The position numbers were made by a program, and so were the translations under genes. Shown here one piece after another: positions 12,421 to 26,129 of a DNA stretch of 64,000 nt. The first letter of the stretch is position 1. Each line of letters opens with the position of its first letter. The stretch spans positions 179,552,001-179,616,000 of the forward strand of contig NC_091984.1 in NCBI RefSeq assembly GCF_044704955.1, in the 5' to 3' direction. The stretch comes from Pristiophorus japonicus (lineage: Eukaryota). The notes below the pieces were generated by a model. The model saw only the letters and a program-made list of their open reading frames with translations. It was not told the origin of the DNA and searched no databases.

Positions 12421-13854
12421 GTCAAGGAACATTACAAATCAGAAGGATGCCATTCCGCCCATCATGTCTGTATGAATATTAGCTCTTCGGCTACACCAAA
12501 TCATTCTAATCCATTTCGTCCTGATTTTTCCGTTATCCAGCAAGCCATGAATTTATTGAAAAAGAAGTAACAAATAATAATGCAAGCTCATTTTGTAATT
12601 GTAGCCAAAAATATAGGTGCTTGTTTATTCATTACCAGTCTGGATTGCTTCCCACTGTGAGCAATTTTCACAAGATTCCCGAAGCAAGTTGTAAATCATT
12701 AACTAATGGTTTAGGAATGGAATTATTATTGCCCTGGCCACTCATCTTGAGTCGCCCTTTCTGCAAGAATTCTGTCCTGTCTGACTGTGACTAAGCGGTG
12801 TATGATTTTTTTTAAATATTATCGGATTAAGATAACATAGCCAGGATATGCTGACCGGCGGCATCCCCAGCATCAACTGAAAGGTATTTTGCCAATATTT
12901 AAAGCAGTTTACAACAAAAATAATTAAGGATCACTATGGTAAACTAGTTGTTAAAATTATAATTTCCCAATAATAATCTGAAAAACAATCACAATACTGA
13001 TTTCAGTCATATTTAAATTAAATCTTGCTATGACACTAATTCTGAAATATAATCGATGTCCAAGAAGGAAGACAGATTATCACAAGCGACTGAGCTCTAT
13101 AAGAAGAGTGCCTGTCTCTGTAAGTCACCAGCTGTATCAACATTTATTACATGGAAGCGGTTGATCAAGCATTGAAAATAATAATAACAATAAGGTCTAT
13201 TATAATTCAAAGAACACAATAGCCGAAGCATTAACTCTTTGAGTAGTACAATGAGATAAGTGCCTCATACTCTGTGGAAGTAGATGTTACTTTCACACTG
13301 TAATTTTTACATTCACTTCCTGATCAACACCAATTGATATTTAGGAAGGATCATTTTCACAGTGATTGTCTTTCAGACAGAATGTCAACGCAAACAATTG
13401 TCACAAGTACTGCGCTGGTTATGACAGCGACATAATCAATATGGTTAGAAGAACAATTTATTCAAAATCTGGTGTATTAGTCATGAAACGTGCAACTTTA
13501 TGCGTCCGCCTGGCATTATAACTTAGATCCTAAAATTTCAAGACCTTTAGAGAATTGCCACTTCTGTTCCCTATTGTCATTATTTGCTGTAAAGACCAGG
13601 CAATAACTGGGATATTGCAGGATATCTGCAGTTATCAGTAGTATTTTATTATTCCTATCGTGGACGTTACATCAGAACAAGCAGAACAACAATAGCAACA
13701 ACAGCAACAAAAACTTGTATTTATATAGCGCTTATAAAATAATAATAACAGGAGCATTATAAGACAAAATATATAATAACAAGCACAGAACAAGAATATT
13801 CTCCAAAAAATTGATCAGATTTAAAGGTGAGGAAAAAGGTTAAGGTTTCATTTA

Positions 13855-14000
13855 TAACTCTTCCTCAGAACCCTGATAAAGGTTTCTCAAACGTTAACCT
13901 TGTTTCCTTTCTCTGCAGATGCTGCCGGACCTGACGAGTACTTCCAACATTTTCTGTTTATATTTCAGATTTCCAACAACTGAAGTATCTTGTATTTCGG
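13855..14000 (+). mobile_element. Penelope-like element terminal (pLTR) fragment with decayed hammerhead motif
   Basis: ctgataaagg...aaacgttaac...cagatgctgccggacctgacgagtacttccaacattttctgttt, homologous to the ends at 37075-37165 and 48780-48880. Confidence 0.6.
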
Positions 14001-14547
14001 ATTTGAATATAAAGCTCTGGTAGCTATTACAATATAGACATCATGCAATCATTGTGTGTTATTACACTGAATACAAAATCGATATGAATAATAATTACTA
14101 GTCTAAACGACTGCAAGTGCATGATTACCACAGACATGGTGGATTCATGTGAACTATGGACTGATAATCTTGTACTGAGCGTCTCCGCTTAATTTGCGGA
14201 TTAATTCCCTTCTTTTTTCCCTTCACCACTGGGCGGTTCTGGCCCGATTTCCATCTCATTGATTCAATAGGGATTAGTAACTTGATATTCTAGCTCCTCT
14301 CTAACGATTGATAAAATTGAGGCTTTAAAGTCTGATGTAAATTAATCCGTAAGTGCTGTCTGATACGCTTCTCATTATGTTCTGGATCTTTCTTAGCTAC
14401 CAATTGATGCTGACTAGCACGTTCCATATTAATACAAGTTAAATAAGTACACTAATTTAGAATTAACTTAAATTAATCTTCCGAAAATATCTTTTTGATG
14501 CTTTATTTGGTATAAGCAGTTCGACGAGCATTTTGGAAATAGAACCG

Positions 14548-14932
14548 GAAGGAAGGAATACTTGCATTTATATAGCCTCTTTCACGACCACCGGACGTCT
14601 CAAACCGCTTTACAGACAATGGAGAACTTTTGGAATGTAGTCACTGTTGTAATGTGGGCAACCAATTTGCACACAGCAAGCTGTCACAAACAGCAATAGT
14701 ATAATGAGCACGTAATCTGGTTTTGTTATGTTGCTTGAGGGCTAAATCTTGGCCAGGACACCAGGGATAACTCTGCTGCTCTTCTTTAAAATAATGCCAT
14801 AGGATCTTTTAAGTCCACTTGAGAGAGCAGACGGACCTCGGTTTAACGTCTCATCTGAAAGATGGCACCTCCGACAGTGCAGCACTCCCTCCGCACTGAA
14901 CTGCAGTGTCAGCCTAGATTTATGTGCTCAAG
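14548..14932 (-). mobile_element. Deu-domain SINE (same family as 3871-4328)
   Basis: cttgcatttatatagcctctttcacgacc tail and gtttaacgtctcatctgaaagatggcacctccgacagtgcagcactccctc core are the reverse complement of the 3871 copy. Confidence 0.85.
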
Positions 14933-16118
14933 GAATAGACAAACTTGGATAATGATGGTTTATGCTGAAAAGAGCTCCTACTAAAATGACATTGAAACAA
15001 GAATCGAAAACGGACAATTAAAAATTCACGATCACTGTGGTTTCAACAAAAAGACGGTTCAAGGGCGCAAAAGAACGGGTGTATTCGGGGCTTAGGAGAA
15101 GCAAAATAGGAAAATTCCGAGATGCATTGGCCTTATCGGTATCTATAAGAAAGCTTTGACTGAAAGAAAGAGGGATAAGATAGGAACAGGAATAGCCCCT
15201 CGAGCCTCCTCCACCCTTCAACTGGATTATGGTTGATTTGTGTATCAATTCCATTTACCCGGCGTAGTGGGAAGTTGTTCTTGAGCGAAAGATCAAACCA
15301 TAGGTTTGATTTGTTCAACGCCATCCAGGAGTAGGAATGAGGGGCCAGAATTATTTTTGCATATGGAAACAGGACCTCGAAGTTCACTAGAACTGTGGAA
15401 TATATGAAATCTTCACCCACACATTGACAACGTAGATGTTCATTTTCAGCTTCCCCAGAAGAAGTTAGTTCTGCATCTGATTCATTTATGCCTTATTTAG
15501 GAGCCTTGATATCGACAGCGCGTAGACATCCCTCAATTTAATTAATTAAAAATACCCCAACTTGTATGATGTTTAATGAATTCCAGAAAGCTGTGGAAAA
15601 ATGACTTAAAGTGTAAACAGCAGGAATTATGGTGACACATTTTTCCCGTGTGGGATGCGTCATGAAATTGTGAGCATCTTCTTCATAATTAACCATATAT
15701 ACAACGACGAGAGAAAATCTCCCCTCCTCCATCTCCACAAACTTAATTCAGCGTGATGAGAAAATGGTTGTTAAAACTATCCAGCTTTGCTATGTAGTAT
15801 GTTTAAAGTGCCAGTTCAAAGAAAGTTGCGTAGTTTCCATACGTAATTGACGACTTTAATCAATGTTTGTCCTACATACGAACTGCATATTGTCGTAGAA
15901 AAATGACAAATATTGTTGTAACTTAGTTGTTCAAACAGAATATACTCCATTTTACTTAAAGTTCTTCTCATTCTGCTTAAATAAATCTACGCTGACTTTT
16001 CCCTTAGCAAAGCAATGATGCCCTCACCATAATGTTGCAGTGCATTACAGCATATATTAGTCACGACTTTCAGCTACTCGCTTCACGCAATGTTGATACA
16101 TTTGCAGTTTTTATATTT

Positions 16119-18390
16119 ACGAACATACGAACAATCACCGACAGGTAAAGTCCATCTGGACCATCGAGCTTGTCCCACACAATTGCGATACCTTGTGTAT
16201 CACAACTTATACACTCCAACCCACCAGAAACCATGTGATCTCCTGGGAGAAGCAAAAAAAACTGATAAAAATCCCAGGCCAATTTGGGAGGAAACAACCT
16301 GGGAAATTCCTCTCCGACCCATCTAGGTGATCGAAACTACTCCAGGAGATCACTCTGGCCATTAAATTCCCTGAAGTACCTACCTTCTGTAAGAGTTCAT
16401 CTCCACTGCAGCCAGAAACAAATGCAGCTTTTGCTTGATGGAATTCAGTGTATCTGCATCCACCACATGAGAGGGCAATTTGTTCCAGAGGTCTACTGTT
16501 CTCTAAGAAAAGAACCACTGTAGGAATTCGGTGAAAACATCAGCGTAAACGTTTTGGACTTTCTGGACATTGCTACTATATTCACTATACAGCAGAAGAG
16601 CTGACAGCGTGTCTGGAGCAGGCCCAAAAATGTTTAACTTGAATACACATCAGCTGGGCGGGGATGCGTCAATGGCTGAAAGCAGGAACATCATGGCTGA
16701 TGGGCGCCTTTTGTCATGAAATGGGAGCCCATCAGTGAGACATTAATTAAAGTGACCGGTATTCAGGCCATTGAAAGACAAAGGAAACGATGATGGACAC
16801 TCAGACTTTTCGGAGCCAGATCCACAGGAAGAGGCCCAGTAAGAGAGATAGGCTGGAGATGTTTTTTGTTCTTGCAGTTGTACAGCCTCAGGAGAAGAAC
16901 AGTTGAACTTTTGGCATGAGAAGAAGCAATTTTCAGGTATAAGAGATGGCAGTTTGCAGCCATCTCTCTCTTTTTCCCCTCTTCTACACCTGCTTGCTTC
17001 GTTCAACACAGAAGGACTATGCACTCCATCTGGAATGGAGAGAATAAACACCATCTATGAGCAAAGAGAGCCTGGGAACCTGACCTTGAGACTGGACTTG
17101 AATACCATAGATTGGTACAGACCCAGAAGATACGCCTCATTGGGAGAAGCAGCAAGTAAGCCAGACAGGTAAATGGTGAGCATTTATCCCAGCCCAGACA
17201 TCTTTAAGACCACTGCATAGTGTAAAAGGGTATCATGTGTCCCAACCAAGCATTAGGAGTTTAGTGGGGAGATTTTAGCATGGATCGTAAGCAAATGCAC
17301 AATTCTGTTGGACAGATTTCAGAGGTGCACTATTGAATCTGAGCAGGGGTGCTTGAGACGTGGGTACTTCACGTTAGGGTCCTGTTAAGATGGGCCAAGG
17401 GTTGTGTGTTGTACTGTGTTTGTTTGTTTTACACTACCAGGGGGTGTTTTACTGGGTACAGGTGTGTGCTTTAACTTGAATAAAAGTATTGTGATGGGTT
17501 GAGACCGAAAGATCTGGCTGTAACTGTGTATTTCTGTTCACCACTGTAATTCCGGAGTCTAGACCTGTTGTACAAAAGGTGATTCGAAACCACCAAGGGC
17601 AAAACCACTTACAACATCTCCTGACATCTAACTTAGATCTAGTCTTATATGACTTAAAGGTGTGCCCCCTGGTCCTGCCTAATCTATTTAATTGAAATGA
17701 ATGGTCAGCTCGAAAAATGTCAATTCGCTTCATTACCTTATAAACCTCAATCATATCCCCACTTAGTCTACGCTGCTCTAAGGTAAAGTGTCCCAACTCT
17801 TTTAACCTATCGTGATAACTAAAATGCTTTAGACTTGGAATTGGTATAGTGGCCCTCTTCTGCACCCTTTCCAGAGCCTCAAAATCACCCACCATGTGAC
17901 GAGACCAAACCTGTAAACAATATGCCAAGTGTGACCTGACTAAGGTTTTGTACAAAGACAAAACAGTATGCCTCGTCTTATATTCAATTGTCCTATGGAT
18001 ACACCCCAACAACCTATTTGCTCTAGCAATCACCACACAACATTGCTCGTGTAACTTTAAGGATGTATGCACTAGAATGTCCAAATCTCTTTCTACCTCC
18101 ACTTATCGAAGGTATACTTCATTTTTCACTCATGAGTTCAGTCACCAAACGCATTAAGATCTGCTTGAATCAGACGAGCTTCTTCTATAGTTCTAGCACT
18201 CGCACAGATCTTGGTATCATCTGCAAATTTGCAAATTCTGCCACCAATCCTTCAATCTAGATCATTAATAAAAATATTAAAAAGCAATGGTCCCAACACT
18301 GATCCCTGCGGTACACCACTGAAGACCGGTCTCCAAACGGATCCAAATCCATCTATAACTGCTCTTTGCCTGCGTCCTGCCAGCCAGCTC
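16119..18390 (-). mobile_element. CR1 LINE (distinct subfamily) interrupted by a solo LTR
   Basis: ORF 17449..18102 CR1 RT C-terminus runs to 'LDVRR' at 17614 and resumes 'WFFS*RTVDLWNKLP' below 16518; ttcgtatgttcgt tail at ~16120. Confidence 0.9.
16519..17613 (+). mobile_element. Putative ~1.1-kb solo LTR
   Basis: Begins TGTAG, ends CTTACA; AATAAA at ~17479; precisely interrupts the CR1 reading frame; TSD degenerate (ccac/acat). Confidence 0.7.
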
Positions 18391-19125
18391 TGTATCTGGT
18401 TGGCTGAGTGTGGGCTGCGTGGCTGGTGCTTGCACCTCTATGGGTAGCAGCACCACCCTGGATACTAGTCTTACAGCAACATGCAAGTTGGCAGACACAA
18501 ATGGCAAGCTGCACATGGCAACTCAGGACTCCAACTTGGGATGTAGGTAGCAGCATTGCTGGTCCAGGAGCTGACAGCCATAACAATCCGTGAGTCATAG
18601 GCCCATGCATCATCAGGCCGGCATCTACCCACCGCACCACAGGTAGAAGCGTCATTCACCTTGACTGATGGACAGTGGAGGGGGGCAGTTGGTAGAAAAG
18701 CTCATCTGGGGCACGTGGGCCAAGCAAGGTGCCTTACAATAGATGGGGAAATTAATTCCTGCCTCTACTGCCTCAGCTTTCTACTTCTTGTTGTCGTAGG
18801 GGGAGGGGAGGAGCTGGCTGACTGCACAATATTTGAACATCTGTAAATATTTAAATGTACAACAGTTCTTTTCAAAATTTAGAATTCCATACATTTTTTC
18901 ACTATTGTTCACGTTTGAATTTGATAGATATTGCAGCAAATCTTTGTGGATTTTTGAATAATTTTTGAAACTTGATAAATCCAAGGGTCAAAGGGGGGGG
19001 CATTGTGAATTAATCAAACAGGTGTGATTGTGTACAACTTCAGAAAAAACATTATATTTAAATTAGTAAAGAGCAAAAATCAAACAAAATATCACTTCCT
19101 CTTAAAATACTTTCAAAAGGTTGTC

Positions 19126-21424
19126 ATAGAAACATAGAAAACATAGAAAATAGGTGCAGGAGTAGGCCATTCGGCCCTTCCAGCCTGCACCGCCATTCAA
19201 TGAGTTAATGGCTGAACATTCAACTTCAGTACCCCATTCCTGCTTTCTCGCCATACCCCTTGATCCCCCGAGTAGTAAGGACCTCATCTAACTCCTTTTT
19301 GAATATATTTAGTGAATTGGCCTCAACAACTTTCTGTGGTAGAGAATTCGACAGGTTCACCACTCTCTGGGTGAAGAAGTTCCTCCGCATCTCGGTCCTA
19401 AATGGCTTCCCCCTTATCCTTAGACTGTGACCTCTGGTTCTGGACTTCCCCAACATTGGGAACATTCTTCCTGCATCTAATCTGTCTAAACCCGTCAGAA
19501 TTTTAAATGTTTCTATGAGGTCCCCTCTCATTCTTCTGAACTCCAGTGAATACAAGCCCAGTTGATCCAGTCTTTCTTGATAGGTCAGTCCCGCCATCCC
19601 GGGAATCAATCTGGTGAACCTTCGCTGCACTCCCTCAATAGCAAGAATGTCCTTCCTCAGGTTAGGAGACCAAAACTGTACACAATACTCCAGGTGTGGC
19701 CTCACCAAGGCCCTGTACAACTGTAGCAACACCTCCCTGCCCCTGTACTCAAATCCCCTTGCTATGAAGGCCAACATGCCATTTGCTTTCTTAACCGCCT
19801 GCTGCACCTGCATGCCAACCTTCAATGACTGATGTACCATGACACCCAGGTCTCTTTGCACCTCCCCTTTTCCTAATCTGTCACCATTCAGATAATAGTC
19901 TGTCTCTCTGTTTTTACCACCAAAGTGGATAACCTCACATTTATCCACATTATACTTCATCTGCCATGCATTTGCCCACTCACCTAACCTATCCAATTCG
20001 CTCTGCAGCCTAACAGCATCCTCCTCGCAGCTCACACTGCCACCCAACTTAGTGTCATCCGCAAATTTGGAGATACTACATTTAATCCCCTCATCTAAAT
20101 CATTAATGTACAGTGTAAACAGCTGGGGCCCCAGCACAGAACCTTGCGGTACCCCACTAGTCACTGCCTGCCATTCGGAAAAGTACCCATTTACTCCGAC
20201 TTTTTGCTTCCTGTCTGACAACCAGTTCTCAATCCATATCAGCACACTACCCCCAATCCCATGTGCTCTAACTTTGCACATCAATCTCGTGTGTGGGACC
20301 TTGTCGAATGCCTTCTGAAAGTCCAAATATATCACATCAACTGGTTCTCCCTTGTCCACTCTACTGGAAACATCCTCAAAAAATTCCAGAAGATTTGTCA
20401 AGCATGATTTCCCTTTCACAAATCCATGCTGACTTGGACCTATCATGTCACCAAATGCACTGCTATGACATCCTTAATAATTGATTCCATCATTTTACCC
20501 ACTACCGATGTCAGGCTGACCGGTCTATAATTTCCTGTTTTCTCTCTCCCTCCTTTTTTAAAAAGTGGGGTTACATTGGCTACCCTCCACTGTATAGGAA
20601 CTGATCCAGAGTCAATGGAATGTTGGAAAATGACTGTCAATGCATCCACTATTTCCAAGGCCACCTCCTTAAGTACTCTGGGATGCAGTCCATCAGGCCC
20701 TGGGGATTTATCGGCCTTCAATTCCATCAAATTCCCCAACACAATTTCCCGGCTAATAAGGATTTCCCTCAGTTCCTCCTCCTTACTAGACCCCCCGACC
20801 CCTTTTATAACCGGAAGGTTGTTTGTGTCCTCCTTCGTGAATACCGAACCAAAGTACTTGTTCAATTGGTCCGCCATTTCTTTGTTCCCCGTTATGACTT
20901 CCCCTGATTCTTACTGCAGGGGACCTACGTTTGTCTTACTAACCTTTTTCTCTTTACATATCTATAGAAACTTTTGCAATCCGTCTTAATGTTCCCTGCA
21001 AGCTTCTTCTCATACTCCATTTTCCCTGCCCTAATCAAACCCTTTGTCCTCCTCTGCTGAGTTCTAAATTTCTCCCAGTCCCCAAGTTCGCTGCTATTTC
21101 TGGCCAATTTGTATGCCACTTCCTTGGCTTTAATACTATCCCTGATTTTCCTTGATAGCCACGGTTGAGCCACCTTCCCTTTTTTATTTTTATACCAGAC
21201 AGGAATGTACAATTGTTGTAGTTCATCCATGCGGTCTCTAAATGTCTGCCATTGCCCATCCACAGTCAACCCCTTAAGTATCATTCGCCAATCCATCCCA
21301 GCCAATTCACGCCTCATACCTTCAAAGTTAGCCTTCTTTAAGTTCTGGACCATGGTCTCTGAATTAACTGTTTCATTCTCCATCCTAATGCAGAATTCAA
21401 CCATATTATGGTCACTCTTCCCCA
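19126..21424 (-). mobile_element. Young 5'-truncated CR1 (HER1-type) LINE
   Basis: 406-aa open RT segment 19226..20446 ([18 protein letters not shown]) plus upstream ORF2 pieces 20443-20877 and 20925-21425; (catagaaa)n tail at 19126-19150. Confidence 0.97.
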
Positions 21425-21759
21425 TTGTCGTATAAAACCCACTAACTAGAGTCTTTTACAACAAATTTGCTAATTAGTCGTCTGACGAACAAAAATGCAA
21501 AAGATAAATCTAAACACACCTGTTGAGGCTTAAATGCTAATGTTCAATGCAGAATTTGCAAAATGTTTTCATCCTTCGATCTTATAAATTGAAACAGCAA
21601 ACATTTATATATAGTTACATTTTTTTATCACTGCAAAAAAATTACATTTTTTATATCTGTATTCTATTTATTGTTAACAGTTAGAGAGTTAAATTTCTTG
21701 TAATGGATATCCTTTTAATTTGAACTGATGAATGTCTTAGTTTTATTGTGTTCACAGAC

Positions 21760-22520
21760 CTCGGGGGAGGGTGGTCGATGAGATGGGGTTGCTCATTGTA
21801 TGAACACTTGCTCCAAAACCCATGTTGTGATGGCCTTGCCCTATCGGGCACTTTCCTCCTGTGTAGGTCCTGCTCCAGGACCCGCAATGCTGCATCTTCC
21901 ATCTCATAAGAACATAAGAAATAGGAGCAGAAATAGGTCATTTTGGCCTGCTCCGCCATTCAATAAGATCATGGCTGATCTGATCATGGACTCAGCTGCA
22001 CTTCCCCGCCCATTCCACATAACCCTTTATTCCCTCATCACTCAAAAATCTGTCTATCTCCACCTTAAATAATTTAAATGACCCATCCTCCACAGCTCTC
22101 TGGGGCAGAGAATTCCATAGATTTACAACCCTTTGAGAGAAGAAATTTTTCCTCATCTCAATTTTAAATGAGTGGCCCCTTATTCTAAGACTATGTCGCC
22201 TAGTTTAATTTACCCTATGAGTGGAAACATCCTCTCTGCATCCAACTTGTCCAGCTCATTCATTAACTTGTAATTTTCAATAAGATCACCTCTCATTCTG
22301 CTGAACTCTACCATCTCCTCTCCCAGGATGTTGTGGTCGAGACCTTCGGCTAATACAAAGTTGTGAAAAATGCAGCAATTCACCATAACATAATCCACGC
22401 TCTGTGGGAAATACTCAGTTCACCCCAGATCTGTCCAGATACTTGAAGTGACTCTTCAGCACATCAGTTGTTGTCTGGATGACCTATCTATTGGACACAT
22501 GTGCAGGGTTATCCCTATGC
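21760..22520 (-). mobile_element. Degenerate Harbinger (HARBI1-type) transposase C-terminal fragment, split by a CR1 insert
   Basis: Reverse strand reads N.AH...R.VIQTT.DVLKSHFKYLDRSG ... VNCCIFHN, matching the motif R..IE..G.LK.RF.CLD.SG...CC.LHN also seen at 41480-41620. Confidence 0.65.
21906..22310 (-). mobile_element. CR1 3' fragment with apparent 7-bp TSD
   Basis: cataagaacataagaa tail; flanked by ccatctc on both sides. Confidence 0.9.
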
Positions 22521-22904
22521 ACCTGACAATCTGGACAAAATTTAATGAAAACCCTCAAACAAACGCAATTGGAGGAAACTTGCATTCAGTTCCTGGGCCA
22601 TGGCCAGTTTTATGGGTGATAACTCGTTGGGGCACAATTTTCATTGAGCACACTTCAAAAATGGACCTGTCTATTCTCAGCACCAAAGTTCTGAATTGTC
22701 AGCTTGGAGGACACGACTGATTTCTGATTGGTCCCCTTGGAGGACAACATACACCCAGCAGTTTCTCTAGAATGTGTAATTAGATCCTGCTTGCCTACAT
22801 AATCAATTACTTTGCAAAGTGAAATTCGATCAATTCTGACTGCCAGGCTCCAGACAGAACAGAGCTCACATACCACCCTCGCGGGTTAAGACCTTCTGCC
22901 ACCA

Positions 22905-23190
22905 CCTGCCTAAGTTCCTGACCTCCTTCACCCCCAGCGAGTTCCTGACCTTCCCCATCCACCACATTCCCACCCAAGTTCCTGACCTCCTCCCATCCAA
23001 GTTCCTGAACTCCTCCCCAACCTCACAAATTTCTGACAACTCTCCCCCCTCAGAAAAAATTCTACCTCCTCAACACGCCCAGGTTGCTGACCATCTCCCC
23101 CTCCCAACTTCCTCCCTCAGCCCCGCCCCCATGACCTTCTCCTCCCAAGTTATTTACTTTCCCTCCCGCCCCACCCACACACACACACAC
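22905..23190. repeat. C-rich degenerate minisatellite plus short (CA)n
   Basis: Repeated aagttcctgacctcctcccc-like units, then cacacacacacacaca. Confidence 0.7.
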
Positions 23191-24195
23191 ATTGATGGAT
23201 AGATGGTGCATTGTGCGTGAGTCACAGATTGTTAACACGTTTATTGGGTATGAAGTGATTAGCGACCGTGTCATGATTTCCGGATTTGGTCCAGTCCAAT
23301 GATATCACTTGCCACACACGCACCGAGCTTTCCGAGAAATCAACCAGGTCTAGGAGGAGGAGTACTCGAACATAGTGTGGGTGTAACGGGGTGGGGTGGG
23401 AAGAAAATTTCATCTGGGCACAAACCAGAAGGAATTCCTCATATACTTCTGGAGTGAGGAGGAGGCACGTGAAAACTGTTTTGCAAGAATATGCAATAAA
23501 AATTAGGTTTCCGTTCAGGATCCCCTCAGATTTGTAAGAGAATGGATCAGGAATATCGATTAAATGCGTGATGCTTACTACCACTCATTTTGAATCATTA
23601 ACACCTATCCATTTAATTAACAATGATTAGTACACTGTTCTGTGCTAGTAGGACCATTCCCGAAGACTGTTGAAGCCAGTCACTCCTAAGATGGGCTGAG
23701 CACTAAGCGGAATTGAATCACGAGCATTTGCCGTATTTAACTATAGCTAACGAAGTACAAATTGCACTGTCATAAAGTCGAGAGACAGAAGCTAGAGTAA
23801 TATACTTCCAGAAGAATAACTAATATTTCAGATTAATCTATAGAGCCGAAATCATCTCGACGACAACATCTAACGAACTTTTTGTATTACAATATCTCAG
23901 TATCTCGTGTGTTAATTAGAATATCGGTAAACAGAACAATAGCCAAGATTGCTTCTCATGTTTTAAAACTTGTGAATGGGAGCGATGAACGCAGGACAGT
24001 AATATGAGTGTACTCGGGAAAGTGCTTAAGGAACCAGGACATGGAATTTAAGAACTGCCTTTTTGGTGTAATGATATAGCACTACAATTGCCCAAAACAC
24101 ACGCAGGTCTCAAAATGCCGAAAGCAATGCACGTAACTGCAAATACATATAGAATAAATAACAATTGCCGTGAGGTCCAGCAATCTATCTGTGGA

Positions 24196-24705
24196 GAAAC
24201 ATAGAAACATAGAAATTAGGTGCAGAAGCAGGCCATTCGGCCCTTCGAGCCTGCACCGCTATTCAATAAGATCATGGCTGATCATTCAACCTCAGTACCC
24301 TTTTCGTGCTTTCTCTCCATACCCCTCGATCCCTTGGGCTGTAAGGGCCACATCTAACTCTCTTTTGAATATATCTAATGAACTGGCCTCAACAACTTTC
24401 TGCGGTAGAGAATTCCACAGGTTAACCACTCTCTGAGTGAAGAAGTTTCTCCTCGTCTCGGTCCTAAATGGTTTACCCCTTATTCTTAGACTGTGACCCT
24501 GGTTCTGGAACTCCCCAGTAATGGGAACATTCTTCCTGCCTCTAACCTGTCCAATCCCATCAGAATTGTATATGTTTCTATGAGATCCCCTCTCATTCTT
24601 CTAAACTCCAGTGGATACAAGCCCAGTTGATCCAGTCTCTCCTCATACGTTACTCCTGCCATCCCGGGAAACAAGTCTGGTGAACCTTCGCTGTACTCCC
24701 TCAAC
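24196..24705 (-). mobile_element. CR1 3' fragment (same subfamily as 19126-21424)
   Basis: (gaaacata)n tail; highly similar to 19130-19640. Confidence 0.93.
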
Positions 24706-25071
24706 AATCTTGTATCGTGGGACCTTATATGAGGGAAATAGTGGCAATGGCAATTTTAACGAGGGTTTTTGGCCTGAAGGTGTTTGATTAGGTATCGCTG
24801 CTCACGTAACATTTATGTCCCTGAAGGGGTTGGCACGGGGGACAGAGACATCTTGTTCACAGTACAGAATCCAGCCAGATAATAAACTTCCAGGGTTTTT
24901 TCGCACAACTGCCTCGTTTCCATGGCAACATTTATAAATTCATTGGGGCAGTCAACCATGTGGTTTGTATCTCGCATGTTGCTATTGTGAGCTGCAACTT
25001 CGGAGAATTTTCATATATTTCCTGTTGCTGCTTGAAAGGACATTGCCATTGATTTAACTGTCAGTACCTGG

Positions 25072-25732
25072 GGGCCACAAAAGGAGCGGTGTGCGGCAGC
25101 CCAGGAGCAGCGTGGAGGCCCCAACCTGCGTGAGAATACCAGCGGCAGGTCGGGGCCATAAAGTAGCGGCGTGCGGCGGCCTCGGGAGCAGCGTGCAGGC
25201 CCGACCTGCGTGAGAACATCAGCGGCAGGTCGGGGCCAATAAAAGGAGCGGCGAGCGACGGCCATGGACAGCGTGGAGGCCACTACAAGGTACAGCAGGA
25301 GCTGGTGCAGCAGGGCGATGGCTGTGAAGAGTGACGTCATTAAGATCCAGGTTGGTGATTGGAGCGTGGGCAGGTACAGCAGGAGCAGCGTGCTAGAGAC
25401 TGTGGAGTGACTTCTGGCCCGGGGAGGTGTGAGTTCGGGCCAGGGGCCCAGGGGCAGCATCGGCCAGCCCACACTGCGATACATGTGTGCACTAGGTCAG
25501 TGCAGCAGAGCTGGTCTCCAGTTGTCTTGGGTAATCCTTGCCACTGTACCAAGACCTAGCTCGGTCAAGCCTGTGTGGTGGTTGGTGTGCAACGGCCTGC
25601 CCACATTAAAAAAATTCACTCACAGGCATCTTCCACCCTTCAGGATGTAATTCGGGTCCATCATTGAAAAACCTGTTTTGGGGCATGGAAGCAAGTCATT
25701 CTCGTTTCGAGGGACCACTTATGATGATGATG
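25072..25732 (+). mobile_element. Non-autonomous RTE-derived retroelement (bipartite) with ~80-bp tandem-repeat head
   Basis: 9-bp TSD agtacctgg (25063-25071 / 25733-25741); 25500-25650 homologous to the RTE 5' region at 11020-11160; RTE-like 3' end ggaagcaagtcattctcgtttcgaggga plus (ATG)n tail; ~2.6 copies of an ~80-bp unit at 25071-25290. Confidence 0.8.
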
Positions 25733-26129
25733 AGTACCTGGAAGCAGCTTTTAGATTTGGCTTCAGAGTATTGCAAAGTTATCTTATGGTTTCTTTCGGG
25801 AATAATAGCCTGCACTTGAAAGTTACAACTTCTTGGAACATGCCCAGCAACAATTGTCTTTGCCTTACTAGGTTCCAAAGTCACTGTAAAACGGTAATAG
25901 TGATGCCATTATCTTAAAAAAAAACAGAGTTTGAAAAAAAAGGAAACAATTAACTTTTTTGTAGGTATTTTGGGAGAATTAATTTACGGAACATTGTCGT
26001 CGAGTTCTAGGGAATGAAGTGGGGCAAGTGGAGCATGTTTCAGTGGGCGAGCTACTGAGGAACAGTTATCATAGTATCAGCAGATTTAGTATAATTATGG
26101 GAAAGGAAAGGAACAAGCCAGCATGAAAA

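Noticed and set aside
13358-13396. Perfect RSS heptamer CACAGTG with possible 12- or 23-spaced nonamer
   Set aside because: Nonamer matches are weak (ACAGAATGT, ACGCAAACA) and no V- or J-like coding sequence is adjacent; expected by chance.
23990-24030. Minus-strand 'PE.T..YYC'-like sequence as the missing V of the orphan C
   Set aside because: Frame broken, and no W-Y-Q, first Cys, FGxGT or splice donor in the flanks.
23705-24165. Short motifs shared with the V promoter region (ttgaatc.cga, caaattgcactgt, tatagaa..taaataa)
   Set aside because: Only scattered short matches in AT-rich DNA with inconsistent spacing; cannot support a duplicated promoter without alignment statistics.
25071-25290. 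CRISPR-like array
   Set aside because: Whole ~80-bp units repeat with no unique spacers; eukaryotic retroelement context.
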